A stretch of 64,000 bases of DNA from a virus, in the IMG/VR virus record IMGVR_UViG_3300025154_000073, positions 9,045 through 73,044 of that record. One strand, given 5' to 3'. The notes under the pieces are model-generated. The model saw only the letters and a list, made by a program, of their open reading frames with translations. It ran no database searches and was not told the origin of the DNA. A program made the position numbers and the translations under genes. How positions within the stretch are numbered: position 1 is the stretch's first letter; each line of letters begins with the position of its first letter. This document shows, in pieces, positions 10,758 to 20,529 of this stretch.

Positions 10758-11080
10758 CGTGCTTTATCCTTTGCAATCCAGATTGTTTCGTCTGGTGTCA
10801 TAAGCAAGGTTGAGATTTGGAAAGTTTCATCTAAAATTTTAATTGCCAAGTCTTTTGCTCTCTCTAAAATCTTTTCTTGTGTTTCAGGAAAACGAGGATA
10901 GTTTATAAACCCAACAACAAATCCAACTTCTTCGCCACCTAAAAATATAAACTTTGTTGGATCGAGCGTTACACACAGACCGCCAAGCAGACATTCACGA
11001 CGAATAACCTGTGAGGCGGCTTCAATTGAGCCGGACTGATAAATTTTTACCCAATATGTTTTTTCCTTAATCTCATTCAT
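10754..11080 (-). CDS. Hypothetical protein
   Basis: ORF with GGAG RBS; GLCVT...GGEEVG...INYPRFP motif. Confidence 0.55.
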   Translation of the reverse strand: MNEIKEKTYWVKIYQSGSIEAASQVIRRECLLGGLCVTLDPTKFIFLGGEEVGFVVGFINYPRFPETQEKILERAKDLAIKILDETFQISTLLMTPDETIWIAKDKAR

Positions 11081-11249
11081 GTTTGCCAGTCTCCTCAAGT
11101 TTTCCGTGTTAGAAGTTGCACTCATAGTAAACACCCTTACTTCCCCATCGGAAGTTTGCCGTACCTAGTCCAGTAGTATTCGCGCACTTCCTGGATCACA
11201 AAGAACAAAACCCACGCAACGGGGACGATCAGAACCCACAAAAGTTTCT

Positions 11250-11477
11250 TCATCTCTTCCTCAACCTGACACCTGTCCAGGGAAAACTCATCTTGAAAGT
11301 TTCAATCTCAGGATTACGGCATAATTTTGTAAACATTCTGCCATCTTTGTTAGTTTCAACATCAAAACACGAAAACTTCCCAGCCTCTAAGACTGCCGCC
11401 TTGATATTTTCATAGGTGCGCTTCTTGCCACGCAAATCAGATATGGTATCAAATCTACATAAAAATATTTGTTTCAT
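11250..11477 (-). CDS. Hypothetical protein
   Basis: Coupled small ORF in leftward operon. Confidence 0.5.
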   Translation of the reverse strand: MKQIFLCRFDTISDLRGKKRTYENIKAAVLEAGKFSCFDVETNKDGRMFTKLCRNPEIETFKMSFPWTGVRLRKR

Positions 11478-11680
11478 CCCTTCCTCATGTCATAGCCAAG
11501 TGAGCAAACTGTATTAATTTCTTGTTTTTGCATACCCTTCTGCAAAGCCCTCATTTTGGCGGCAATTTCTTTACACTTACGCACACCAGCTTGATAAGCC
11601 CGAAGATCAATACGATTCATTCCTTGATGATAGTGCAAATCTTTTCGTAACTCCTTGATAAGAGTTTTATTTCTCTTCAT
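11474..11680 (-). CDS. Hypothetical protein
   Basis: GGGGGAG RBS; 4-bp overlap with next gene. Confidence 0.5.
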   Translation of the reverse strand: MKRNKTLIKELRKDLHYHQGMNRIDLRAYQAGVRKCKEIAAKMRALQKGMQKQEINTVCSLGYDMRKG

Positions 11681-11777
11681 CTCTCCCCCAATTCATCGTC
11701 AATCCTTGCCGCAAGAGCGCACATTGCCCACGCCATAAAGAAAGCAAATATCATAGGTATCAAACAGATTAGCCACA

Positions 11778-12986
11778 TCATTTTTCTCTCCAGTATTCAA
11801 TTCTCTTTTCGGCTATGTCAATATATCCATTTTCCTTGTCAAATTCAATTCCAACCACCTCATCCCACCCTGCTTTATAACAACCTATCATTTCGCTTGC
11901 CACCCCACTAAAAGGAATTACAATTCTGCGCGGAGCGTATTCGATGGGAGGTAAAAGAAGTTTGGCAAGATAGGTACATAAATCAATTGGTTTTAGGGTG
12001 GGGTGAGTATTTTTGTGAATGGGATTATTATGCTCTCCAATAAGTCCTTGTCGGACAAGGACTTGCCCGTCTAATTCATCCAATCCCGCATTTCGTTCTT
12101 TGACTCCGACTTTGGCACAATAATAAATAGGGTCTGCTTCGTCTATCTGGTTGGAGACATTGAAGAAGAAACGAGATGCGCCACCAGAATCTCCGACAGT
12201 TTCCTTCAGAGGAGCGTCAACGTCAAACATTCCGTAAATTCCGTTTGGAGAACCGTTTGTATGTCTTTTGTGTTTTGTGGTCATTTTTCCAGAAGTAAGA
12301 CTTCCACTCTGTTCGTCCAAATGTACCGCGTTTTCTTTGCTAATAATAAAATTCGCAGGATAGCGACCCAGACCACCGTCAAAGCGATTAATTACATATT
12401 CTTCACTTGTGGGAACGCGAGACCCATTAATGTTTAACGTTCCTGCGCCAGTTTTTAGAATGTTGTCTATGGGTCTTCCATTGTACGGTTTTTGAAAAAC
12501 TATAATCGGCTCAACCGCAGGCTTTAGGGCTTGTAGAGAATAGCGATGACCGTCAAATACACCTTCGCCCTCTTTGTGGACTCTGTGCGCTTTCGGGAAT
12601 CCCTGACCATTCACCCATCCGAAAATTGTGGGATGAATAATAAATCCAGCATCTTCAATGGCAACCGCCAACCTATGCCAATTTCTCGACGCGGAGAATG
12701 CCATTCCAAATGCCCCATCATATAAAACCCCCATAAGAGCCGACCACGTTTCAGGCTGAAAAGCAACATCGCCTCCATCCCAAACTTGACCCATAAAACC
12801 CTTGCTCGATCTTGAGAAAACACCGTCTTTTCCAAATTGGGCGGGTGCGGAATTCTTTCCGCCAAATCTTTTGACAATAGAGGTTAGATGATAGGGCGGA
12901 TCACAAAACAAAGCATGAAATTTCTCGCCCTCATAATTCTTAGCCCAACTTACAACATCCTCGTTGTATATCATTTTTTTCTCCAC
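11778..12986 (-). CDS. DNA N6-adenine/N4-cytosine methyltransferase (beta class)
   Basis: DPPY catalytic motif, GFPK, LKPAVEPI, HPTLKP and PFSGVAS (FxGxG-like). Confidence 0.85.
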   Translation of the reverse strand: MEKKMIYNEDVVSWAKNYEGEKFHALFCDPPYHLTSIVKRFGGKNSAPAQFGKDGVFSRSSKGFMGQVWDGGDVAFQPETWSALMGVLYDGAFGMAFSASRNWHRLAVAIEDAGFIIHPTIFGWVNGQGFPKAHRVHKEGEGVFDGHRYSLQALKPAVEPIIVFQKPYNGRPIDNILKTGAGTLNINGSRVPTSEEYVINRFDGGLGRYPANFIISKENAVHLDEQSGSLTSGKMTTKHKRHTNGSPNGIYGMFDVDAPLKETVGDSGGASRFFFNVSNQIDEADPIYYCAKVGVKERNAGLDELDGQVLVRQGLIGEHNNPIHKNTHPTLKPIDLCTYLAKLLLPPIEYAPRRIVIPFSGVASEMIGCYKAGWDEVVGIEFDKENGYIDIAEKRIEYWREK

Positions 12987-13465
12987 AAGCCACTTAGAAT
13001 TTCTCTTTGCGTAAATCTAGGTTTCCACTCAGGATTCTTCAACAGTTTTTCCTTGATGTCGGTCAGCTGGGCTATCATTTCTTCCAGTTCGTAGGACTTC
13101 AAGCCAAGATTGTCCGCGTCTTGTTTTAGACGGTGATATTGGGTTTCGTCAAACTCGAACAAAAACCAGTCCGTATAATAACACTCGTAGTACTCATGGC
13201 GTCCGTTACACGCCTTACATTGAAGATTTACGTTATACAAATCGAAGTATGTTCCACCCTTTGTTCCTGGTATCAAATGACCTGCTTGCAGAATGGCAGA
13301 ATGTCCATTCTTGGGCGCGGGACACACACATTCTTTATCCCGCATAAGGACAATATCTCTCAGTAAGGCGTGAGCAACCTTCTTGCGTGCGCCATGAGAG
13401 GACACTTTCTTGACAGGCTTCCTGCCCTTCTTCTGTTTTCTCTTCGGTTTAGGTTTACTAATCAT
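12971..13465 (-). CDS. NinG/Rap-like recombination endonuclease
   Basis: RDKECVC, QAGHLI, FDLYNVNLQCKACN. Confidence 0.7.
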   Translation of the reverse strand: MISKPKPKRKQKKGRKPVKKVSSHGARKKVAHALLRDIVLMRDKECVCPAPKNGHSAILQAGHLIPGTKGGTYFDLYNVNLQCKACNGRHEYYECYYTDWFLFEFDETQYHRLKQDADNLGLKSYELEEMIAQLTDIKEKLLKNPEWKPRFTQREILSGLWRKK

Positions 13466-13685
13466 CTTTTTTCTCGTTTTCAATAAAGTCAAATAGTCCA
13501 GTTTGACCCGCCGCCCGCATTTTCCACGCTTCGGGGATACCCCGCGTGTAATTGCATTCGGGATAATTCGGACACCCAAGAAATTGATTGTCATTCATTC
13601 GATTTGTTTTGACAATCATTTTTCTAGGCGGATTGCATTGCGGACATAAAATATCGCTCTCTGTATTTTCAATAAATTTTTTCAT
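13458..13685 (-). CDS. Topoisomerase-type C4 zinc-ribbon protein
   Basis: CPQC...FLGCPNYPECNYT. Confidence 0.75.
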   Translation of the reverse strand: MKKFIENTESDILCPQCNPPRKMIVKTNRMNDNQFLGCPNYPECNYTRGIPEAWKMRAAGQTGLFDFIENEKKDD

Positions 13686-13688
13686 TTT

Positions 13689-14360
13689 CTAATACTCTAT
13701 ACTTGGTAAAACTCCAGAACAATTTGTCAATCGACTGATACCTTTTTGTACAACAAGACTGTCGCTGTTCACATACAACTTTCCTATTTCTTCATGACTG
13801 GTGGCTGTATGGGCTACCAGAACACCTTTGTCATTAATGGTGATTGCCAAATAATTGCTTCTTGGAGGAACTTTCTTTATCTTCCTCGCAATCATGCCTA
13901 CCTTACGATCATCACCACTTGCCTCTGATATAGCCAGCCAGTCCTCAGGCTCAAGTTCATATCCTGCATCAACCAGATTGGCGACCTGCACAAGAGACTT
14001 TTCGCCTGACTGTTCGATACTTTCATATTCTTCTTCTGGTATCTTTCCGCTTTTCAATAACTTCTGAATCTTGACGTGTCTTTTGATGGTGGTGGGGTCA
14101 AGTCCTGTCTTACGAACCGCCGCAGACAGAAACGACTCTCCCTCATGCTTCTCAGGTCTCCACGCACCCTCCAAAATCTCGAATCCGATGGATTTTGCCC
14201 TGTCAAAACTCCTACCCCGCTCCTCCAGGTCACAAATTAGACCAAATCCACCCTCAAAATCCTCTGAATCTGCATAGGTCTGGAATATCTTACCCAAACT
14301 CTCCACGATTTCGGTGTGAGCAAGCGAGGTGGCGGGGACGGAGATTATCTCGCCTGTCAT
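13689..14360 (-). CDS. Hypothetical protein (223 aa)
   Basis: Coupled ORF; possible HTH segment (KTGLDPTTIKRH). Confidence 0.5.
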   Translation of the reverse strand: MTGEIISVPATSLAHTEIVESLGKIFQTYADSEDFEGGFGLICDLEERGRSFDRAKSIGFEILEGAWRPEKHEGESFLSAAVRKTGLDPTTIKRHVKIQKLLKSGKIPEEEYESIEQSGEKSLVQVANLVDAGYELEPEDWLAISEASGDDRKVGMIARKIKKVPPRSNYLAITINDKGVLVAHTATSHEEIGKLYVNSDSLVVQKGISRLTNCSGVLPSIEY

Positions 14361-14569
14361 TCATTGCCTAGTAAAAAGTGGGATTTCGGAATATTGACAC
14401 TCTGTATTCTCACAACCATCTGCATTCCTTCTGGTATAGGTTCATCCTTCAAGGACATCTCGACTATATTGGCGGGAACGCCAAATTTTTCCTTATAGAA
14501 ATCAAGAACCTTTTGTACCTTTTCTGATACAGGCTCTTTCGAGCCATCAAACCATAATAAGTAGTCCAT
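14357..14569 (-). CDS. Hypothetical protein
   Basis: GGAG RBS immediately after the attC-like site. Confidence 0.55.
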   Translation of the reverse strand: MDYLLWFDGSKEPVSEKVQKVLDFYKEKFGVPANIVEMSLKDEPIPEGMQMVVRIQSVNIPKSHFLLGNE

Positions 14570-14824
14570 TTATTTCTCCATTGCTCGGCGTTCTAACGGC
14601 GAGCGTGAGCAGCGCAAGCCAAGCCAAGATAATTGCGCCAGCCACCACGTGGCGAAGCGTCCGCTGCACGCTTTGGTAGAGGGCGGGTACATTTCTTCCC
14701 ACCACGTATATTTCCACTCGTTATAAACACGCCACAAATCCCAGGCGTGAGTAAATGCCTGCTCATGCCTATCGCATAACTCGCAAGTTCGATTGTACGG
14801 ATTTCTGTATTTCCATTTGTGCAT
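14570..14824 (-). CDS. Small Cys/Trp-rich cassette protein
   Basis: Second copy at 63118 differs mostly at synonymous sites, supporting coding function. Confidence 0.6.
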   Translation of the reverse strand: MHKWKYRNPYNRTCELCDRHEQAFTHAWDLWRVYNEWKYTWWEEMYPPSTKACSGRFATWWLAQLSWLGLRCSRSPLERRAMEK

Positions 14825-14837
14825 AGTAGCCTTCTAA
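14597..14837 (-). mobile_element. Integron-like gene cassette A (ORF 14570-14824, MHKWKY...)
   Basis: Starts at G|TTAGAAGGC; attC-like site 14591-14681 with left arm CTCTACCAAAGCGTGCAGCGG and right arm CTGCTCACGCTCGCCG|TTAGAA; one unpaired C in the left arm. Confidence 0.75.
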
Positions 14838-14977
14838 CTATGATTTGACCAATTCTTGTCCGACAAAAATACTTATATCAAATAAGGCAAGAGCAGGAAT
14901 ATTTGACGCCATATTGTTATTATAAGTCTTATGTGGGGATTTATGGTGAGAATTAGATTAGAAAACACGGTGTTTAC

Positions 14978-15304
14978 TCAACGTTCCTTATTCCTCTTTT
15001 CTGCTTCCTTCCAAATTCTAAGCCACGTTTCTCCGTGACAATTCTTTTCACCAGCCTTGCACCAGCAGGCGATGTGTTCAATCTTGTCAACCACGCATCT
15101 TTCCAAAAACTCGTTGATAAGTCCAACCTGTTCGGGTCTGCGTATCCACTCATCAAAAATAGCTTTCTGTTCCGCCTTTGTCTTTTTCTTCTTTCCGACA
15201 TAATTACCGAAGTGAGTTCCCCTTGTAACCGTAAGCGTGTTCTTGGGTATTCTCTCGCCTGTCTGCCGACTTCTTGAAATTCTATTCATTATTTTTCTCT
15301 CCAA
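14978..15304 (-). CDS. DUF4326-like protein
   Basis: VTRGTHFGN...IACWCK...CHGETW motif. Confidence 0.65.
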   Translation of the reverse strand: MERKIMNRISRSRQTGERIPKNTLTVTRGTHFGNYVGKKKKTKAEQKAIFDEWIRRPEQVGLINEFLERCVVDKIEHIACWCKAGEKNCHGETWLRIWKEAEKRNKER

Positions 15305-15588
15305 TATAGGCTTAGTCCAAAACTTCTCGCTCCAGTCTTCCAGAATCCGAAGGTTGTAATCTCCACCCTGCCCTTCACCATCTTTCTGATGAAAGAACGC
15401 AGGAAGGACAGGGCTTTGTTGTGAAGTGACTCAACCATTATTCCCCTCAGTCAATATCTCGGCTTGATACGCAATGTCCAATAAAACGGCATTCCTAAGT
15501 TCAATGTAATTGTCCTGCGTTATCTCCTCACGCATCATGGCGCGATACATATTTGTCAATATATCTTTGGCTTCATCCACCAGTTCTT

Positions 15589-16593
15589 TCATGCCCTCAC
15601 CGCCATATTCACAGCATTTCTGAATTTGAACCCCAACAATATTGCATCATCAAATTTTTCGTTTCTAGGAGGAATAACCAATCTGCACCTTTTCTCTCCA
15701 ATCTGCTTTGCCGTGTTCAATACAGCTACGACTCCATTGGGCTGTTTTACATAGGCGTCGGGGTCAAAGGCTAGATAAAAAATCTCTACGTCTGAGTCTG
15801 CAAGCATCTTCAATATTCTTTTTTCTGGCATTGAGGATTGTACACCGACTACCTGAAATTCAGATGAGAGTTCTCCCCATATCTCGGTAACGTCGGCTTT
15901 CTTCTCGCCCTCCATTACCACAACCTTATTTGACAATTTCCCGTTTTCATGCAGGGGAACGTATAAGTGCTGGCATCCAGATTTGTATAGATTTCTGTAT
16001 CGGTCATTTGAGTTGGCGGGTTTAACAACGCGCAGTTTTACATTTTCAATTCGGTTTCCGAGTGTCCATATCGGGAAGGTGAATGCAGAGTTGTTATAGG
16101 TGGACAAACTTCCACGAACCTTATAATCTTTGATATATCCCTTTTGAAGATACTCTCTCCAATTTGGGGGAACTCCAATAGACTCGTAATACATATTTGC
16201 AATTTCGTTATCCAATCCGTCCTCGTAATATCTTTTGTAAAAACCTTGTTCCTCGATGGTTCTGGAGAGTTCCTCAAGTTCTTTGGATTTCTTTTCAAAA
16301 TATTCGCGTTCAAGTTGGACAACCTTTAATCTAAATTCTTCGCGCTCTTCGGAAGTCCATTCCGCATCTGATTTTTCTGGAGACCATTTATACCCACACT
16401 TGCGGCACAATCCAAAGGGAACTCCTCTGCGTGACGCAATCCATAAAACAAATCTATCTGAACAAGTACCATCTTCGTGAATCTCGCCACCACAAGAAGG
16501 ACAAGACGAATGGAATTCGTTAGGGGTTACTTGAACTACAAAAGATACCTTGCCTTGAAGAGATGCGAAGATTGGGGGAAGTAGATCGATCAT
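15589..16593 (-). CDS. DNA primase (zinc finger plus TOPRIM)
   Basis: CPSCGG...DRF...CRKC; MEGEKKAD; AFDPD. Confidence 0.8.
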   Translation of the reverse strand: MIDLLPPIFASLQGKVSFVVQVTPNEFHSSCPSCGGEIHEDGTCSDRFVLWIASRRGVPFGLCRKCGYKWSPEKSDAEWTSEEREEFRLKVVQLEREYFEKKSKELEELSRTIEEQGFYKRYYEDGLDNEIANMYYESIGVPPNWREYLQKGYIKDYKVRGSLSTYNNSAFTFPIWTLGNRIENVKLRVVKPANSNDRYRNLYKSGCQHLYVPLHENGKLSNKVVVMEGEKKADVTEIWGELSSEFQVVGVQSSMPEKRILKMLADSDVEIFYLAFDPDAYVKQPNGVVAVLNTAKQIGEKRCRLVIPPRNEKFDDAILLGFKFRNAVNMAVRA

Positions 16594-17585
16594 TTTACAC
16601 CTATTGGCTTTAGATAGATTTGGTCGTGAAATTTCTTGTCATAAATAAAAGAACCGCTTGGGTCGATGTGGCAGGGAAACACTCTTCCAACAACATCTTT
16701 TTCCCCAACAAATCCCATTTCCTCAGCATTACGACGTTTAACTATTCTAACAAATACCAAGTTAGGTTCAACCTCGAAATTCCAATTACCTTCTTCTACT
16801 CTTGAATACATGGGGTGATCGTGCTTGGGTTGCCAGTAGGCATATACAATGTCTGGAATGGAATAAAGTTCCCCAGCCTCCGCAAGATCAGCCGCTCCAG
16901 GTATCCTCATTTTCTGCGTGTAGTTGTCTCTTTGAGTCTTCAATAAGGCTTGACTCGCTAATCCAATAGGACACTTAAACTTCTTGCAGGCGTGAAAAAG
17001 CCTGAGAACATTGTCGGCAGTTTGTAATCTCTTCTGGTCATTATTGGTCATCATCCTACGTTCAGGGTCGGGAGGAATAATTTGGGCATAATCTATTCCA
17101 ATGTGAGTAAATTGCATTTTGTCCGCAAACTTTTCATTTGCTCCAAATTCAAGGGTCTTGATGATGTTACCGACATTTAGCTGAGCCATGTCATCCATTG
17201 ACATTCCAAACGAATTGCCAATAAAAATAAACTGGTCATCCTGATAAGCAAGCGAATCTCCGCCATACTTCTTGACCTGCTTTCCAGCAGTTCCTTCGGA
17301 AGTGTCCTCAAGGCTTACCAGACCCACCAACGTCCCCTGTTTACCCTCAATTCGTTTTTGTGCCTTGAAAGTTACATCACGCAAGGCGGTAGATTTACCT
17401 TGATGGGATTTTGCGGCATAGATGGCAAGCTCGCCTGGATACTGGTCTGGGACAATACCCTCAAGCCCCTCGATGTGGAACGGAAGGGCAAGGTGAGAGT
17501 TCTCTTTCAAAAAAATGTCGTAGGCGACTTTGTCTTCCCAAGTTTGTTGGGCAGTTTTTACGAAGTTGGCGGGTTTGAATGTCAT
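16590..17585 (-). CDS. DnaB-like replicative helicase
   Basis: Walker A AAKSHQGKS, SLED, IDYAQII, ASQ, KRRN. Confidence 0.8.
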   Translation of the reverse strand: MTFKPANFVKTAQQTWEDKVAYDIFLKENSHLALPFHIEGLEGIVPDQYPGELAIYAAKSHQGKSTALRDVTFKAQKRIEGKQGTLVGLVSLEDTSEGTAGKQVKKYGGDSLAYQDDQFIFIGNSFGMSMDDMAQLNVGNIIKTLEFGANEKFADKMQFTHIGIDYAQIIPPDPERRMMTNNDQKRLQTADNVLRLFHACKKFKCPIGLASQALLKTQRDNYTQKMRIPGAADLAEAGELYSIPDIVYAYWQPKHDHPMYSRVEEGNWNFEVEPNLVFVRIVKRRNAEEMGFVGEKDVVGRVFPCHIDPSGSFIYDKKFHDQIYLKPIGVK

Positions 17586-17605
17586 AGAGAATGCACCGTG
17601 TTTTC

Positions 17606-18172
17606 TTAGTAGCTCAGTGGGATGTCGTTTGCGTCTTTTTTCTTTTCAACCAATCTGTTATTGGCTTCTCTTAATTCTCTTGCCTTTGCCGCGCACATAT
17701 TAACCAGACTGGTTGGTTTTGCTACTGTGTATGGCGCAAGTCCATTCTTAAACCCATTTTTCCAATCGGCATGAACTTTGATAAGTACTTCAACTCCGAA
17801 TTCTGCACAATTTTGTTTTATAGCTTCCATTGCTTGAATGTAAAACGCATATTGTCCCTTACTTTTTTTATGCGGTTTAGACGGAAGCGAGAACATCCAA
17901 GTATCACGAAGGACACGAGCAATTTCCTGTACCGACTGAGGATAGTCTTTGTAATCTCCTCTAAATAATTCTACGTTGTATTCTCCCGCCATCTCGTCTG
18001 TTTTCCTTGCAATTCCAGAAATCCCCATCACGGCATCAACAAGCAGTTCTGACAATCGTTCATAATTTTCTTTATATGGACTTTCGCATTCTAATCCATC
18101 AGAACAAAATATTGCCTCGTGTTTTAGAATATTTTCAAATTTCAATTTTAATTCTCTACGCAAAGTTGTCAT
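17606..18172 (-). CDS. Hypothetical protein, possibly replication initiator/loader
   Basis: GGAGG RBS before ATG 18172; directly upstream of helicase and primase. Confidence 0.45.
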   Translation of the reverse strand: MTTLRRELKLKFENILKHEAIFCSDGLECESPYKENYERLSELLVDAVMGISGIARKTDEMAGEYNVELFRGDYKDYPQSVQEIARVLRDTWMFSLPSKPHKKSKGQYAFYIQAMEAIKQNCAEFGVEVLIKVHADWKNGFKNGLAPYTVAKPTSLVNMCAAKARELREANNRLVEKKKDANDIPLSY

Positions 18173-18195
18173 TCTTCCTCCTGCGAAAACACGGT

Positions 18196-18492
18196 TCATT
18201 CTTTTTTGGAAGGCTTTGCAAACCACTTTATTTTGTGGCCTACAAGTTTCATATGCTCTACTCTGTGCTTCTTTGCATTCCAACGGTCTAAAGATATTCC
18301 CAACAACTCTGTCAAACCCATAGGAATAGGGCCTCCGAAAATTCCAGGAAATCCATCGGTGTCAATTTTGCAATCATAGCACCATATCTTATGTTCATAT
18401 TCAGACCACTCAATATTTGTGCCATTGCATTTGTCACACGTGATGCAATATTCGTACGGGTGCATAATATAATGCCACGTTCTTTTTCTCAT
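18196..18492 (-). CDS. Zinc-ribbon hypothetical protein
   Basis: CDKC...WCYDC; AAAGGA RBS. Confidence 0.55.
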   Translation of the reverse strand: MRKRTWHYIMHPYEYCITCDKCNGTNIEWSEYEHKIWCYDCKIDTDGFPGIFGGPIPMGLTELLGISLDRWNAKKHRVEHMKLVGHKIKWFAKPSKKE

Positions 18493-18836
18493 TCTAATTC
18501 CTTTCTGATTATTTTATGACAGAATCATCCTAAGACTTCCTAATTAGCCACTCAGATTCTTTAAAGAACCTCTACCCTATTAGGGTCAAGTAGGACTATT
18601 CATCCTGGACGTGGGCGGATTTATAACGGCGTACCGTCTCACCTTTCGGGATTCTCTGTTAGAGACACCCGCCCCGCCTGCCTCTGTGCTTTGACGCGGG
18701 GACGTTGTTGGGAGTCCTGCCACTCGGTTACTTAGTAGGCAGACTGCAATCTCTTTATCGTATGAGAGCCTGTTTCGCTCAAAAATGTATTTTCGGATTA
18801 GGCAGGATTGCTAGTTGCTGTTCCGTTAAACGCAAA

Positions 18837-19032
18837 ATCCAGTTTTGACAACTGCGGCTCTGGCGGCTAAAAGAACTACCGCTCGCGCGGATATGGAAGG
18901 GATACCATAGCCGCAGTTGTCAAAACTGGATAATGTCGAAGTTAATATGTTCATTTGTCCTTTTAGCCTTTCGCGCTTCCACACGCTTTTCCTTACTCAC
19001 CCAATAGTAATCTCATCCTTGACGGATGTCAA
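18837..19032 (-). promoter_or_regulatory. Sigma70-type promoter and structured leader with 23-bp perfect inverted repeat
   Basis: TTGACA-17-TACTAT on minus strand; arms 18837-18859 and 18909-18931; loop segments complementary to 18960-18981. Confidence 0.65.
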
Positions 19033-19196
19033 GTTAAATCAGACAGGTCTTTTCTATTCTTTTTGTCTTTCCACATCTCTCACAGACATAGGTTTCGGAG
19101 AACTCCGCATAATATCCGAAGCCAACGTACCTGAACTTACCCATCCTGAATGTGAATGTATGACCAAAAAGAAAACACAGTGTTTTGTTTAGCATC

Positions 19197-19454
19197 TCAT
19201 TCCTCTTTAGGTAATATGGTCACAACTGTTCCGCGCATCCCATCATAGACGACTCTTATACCATCTACAATGTGAACTGACACGCGGTTGGATTGACGCT
19301 CTACGAACTGAGAACGTCCCGCCCTGATTGCTTTTGCGATGGCTTTTACATCCACGATCCTACCGAGCCGTTCTTGGGAACGTCTGCGGGCATGAGACAT
19401 TTGTGCATTAGCTTTTATGGATAGGTCAGGATGTTTAGATTGATAGAATGACAT
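19197..19454 (-). CDS. Small basic hypothetical protein
   Basis: HARRRSQER...VVYD...VVTILP, resembling DUF4258/RelE-like small folds. Confidence 0.5.
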   Translation of the reverse strand: MSFYQSKHPDLSIKANAQMSHARRRSQERLGRIVDVKAIAKAIRAGRSQFVERQSNRVSVHIVDGIRVVYDGMRGTVVTILPKEE

Positions 19455-19479
19455 AAATACACCGTGTTTTCTAGCCCAA

Positions 19480-19753
19480 CGGTTATGAGTTAGTGGTTTG
19501 CCGTATTACCGAATTGACAATGTTTGCTGTGGATTCCGTTTACTTCGCAACCACAGACAGCGCACAGTATAGGCACATCCGCTGCACGCTTTGTTAGGTG
19601 CGCTTGAAGTTGCGCCACTAACTCAGGCAAAAGGGAATTAGGAATTTTTATATCTCCAATTCCTTCATACCAAAAACCTGCTTCTTTTCTGACTTCAATT
19701 AGCAGGTATTCTTTTGTTGGACAAATTTTTATATTTTGCATATTAGCACCCAA
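19480..19753 (-). mobile_element. Integron-like gene cassette C2 (ORF 19490-19741)
   Basis: Starts G|TTGGGTGC; own left core GCACCTAAC is near-complementary; attC-like site 19474-19599 ending ACCG|TTGGGC. Confidence 0.75.
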
Positions 19754-20022
19754 CGGTTTGCGTAACCCGCTTTATGCAGGCGAAGTATCTTCAACTTTCA
19801 CAGATTCGGGCAGGCCCAAAACGCCAGCCTTCAAGGAGTCGAAGCTGGGTTGGGCGCAATTCCAGACACGCAGGACAATCAACATCATTCCATCCAGTGC
19901 TTGCAAAACTCCAACCAGTGCTACCACATACGGCGATTGTTTTTGTATATGGCACAAGAAATTTTTTTACATGATGACAAGTAGGCATATCTTATCCTTT
20001 CGGTTTCAGGGCTTCCGCCCAA
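19754..20022 (-). mobile_element. Integron-like gene cassette C1 (ORF 19791-19988)
   Basis: Starts G|TTGGGCG; own left core CGCCCAAC is the exact complement; right arm TTACGCAAACCG|TT; left arm degenerate; site 19748-19855. Confidence 0.6.
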
Positions 20023-20077
20023 CTATGATTTATAAAGTAACCGCAATACGGAAATCATTTAAATAACACGATGGTTT

Positions 20078-20115
20078 GCAGGGCGTACTCAACACTCTTA
20101 TCAAGTACGCCCTGC
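20078..20115 (-). terminator. Hairpin downstream of ssb
   Basis: GCAGGGCGTACT / AGTACGCCCTGC inverted repeat. Confidence 0.55.
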
Positions 20116-20120
20116 GCCAA

Positions 20121-20528
20121 CTAACCCGTCATGTATTCTGGCAAATCTTCTTCCTCGGAGGATGCTTGACTTTCTCCGCCAGATTTGCTTGAAAGAAACT
20201 TGACCAGAGAGGCGTTGATCTCAAGGGTTGAAGCCCAAGTTCCATCGCTCTTTTCAAAGATGCGTGGATTTCCTGTCGCTTTGTCAATAGAGACCTTGCC
20301 CTCAACGAACACCAAAGAGCCTTTATTCAGATACTTCTTGCAGGCTTCCGCCGCACTCCCCCAGATTGACACCCGAAACCAAGTTGTTTCTTTTACGTGT
20401 TCTCCGCCTTTGGTATTGTATTCGTTTGTGGTGGCGACTGATAAATTGGTAACAGGCTGACCGGATGGGGTATAGCGCATGGACGGATCAGCACCTAAGC
20501 GCCCGATAATTTCTATTTTCTGATACAT
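20121..20528 (-). CDS. ssb: Single-stranded DNA-binding protein
   Basis: IGRLGADPSMRYTPSG, TTWFRVSIWG, KGSLVFVEG, acidic tail. Confidence 0.9.
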   Translation of the reverse strand: MYQKIEIIGRLGADPSMRYTPSGQPVTNLSVATTNEYNTKGGEHVKETTWFRVSIWGSAAEACKKYLNKGSLVFVEGKVSIDKATGNPRIFEKSDGTWASTLEINASLVKFLSSKSGGESQASSEEEDLPEYMTG

Positions 20529-20529
20529 A

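Noticed and set aside
10011-11120. Possible eroded attC pieces near 10020, 10740 and 11105
   Set aside because: Only single-arm resemblance; no complementary partner found
14660-14839. Duplicate as DGR template/variable repeat pair
   Set aside because: Mismatches are not adenine-specific, are mostly synonymous, and no reverse transcriptase is seen
14894-14903. 10-nt matches to the spacer (also near 29285)
   Set aside because: Too short to be protospacers
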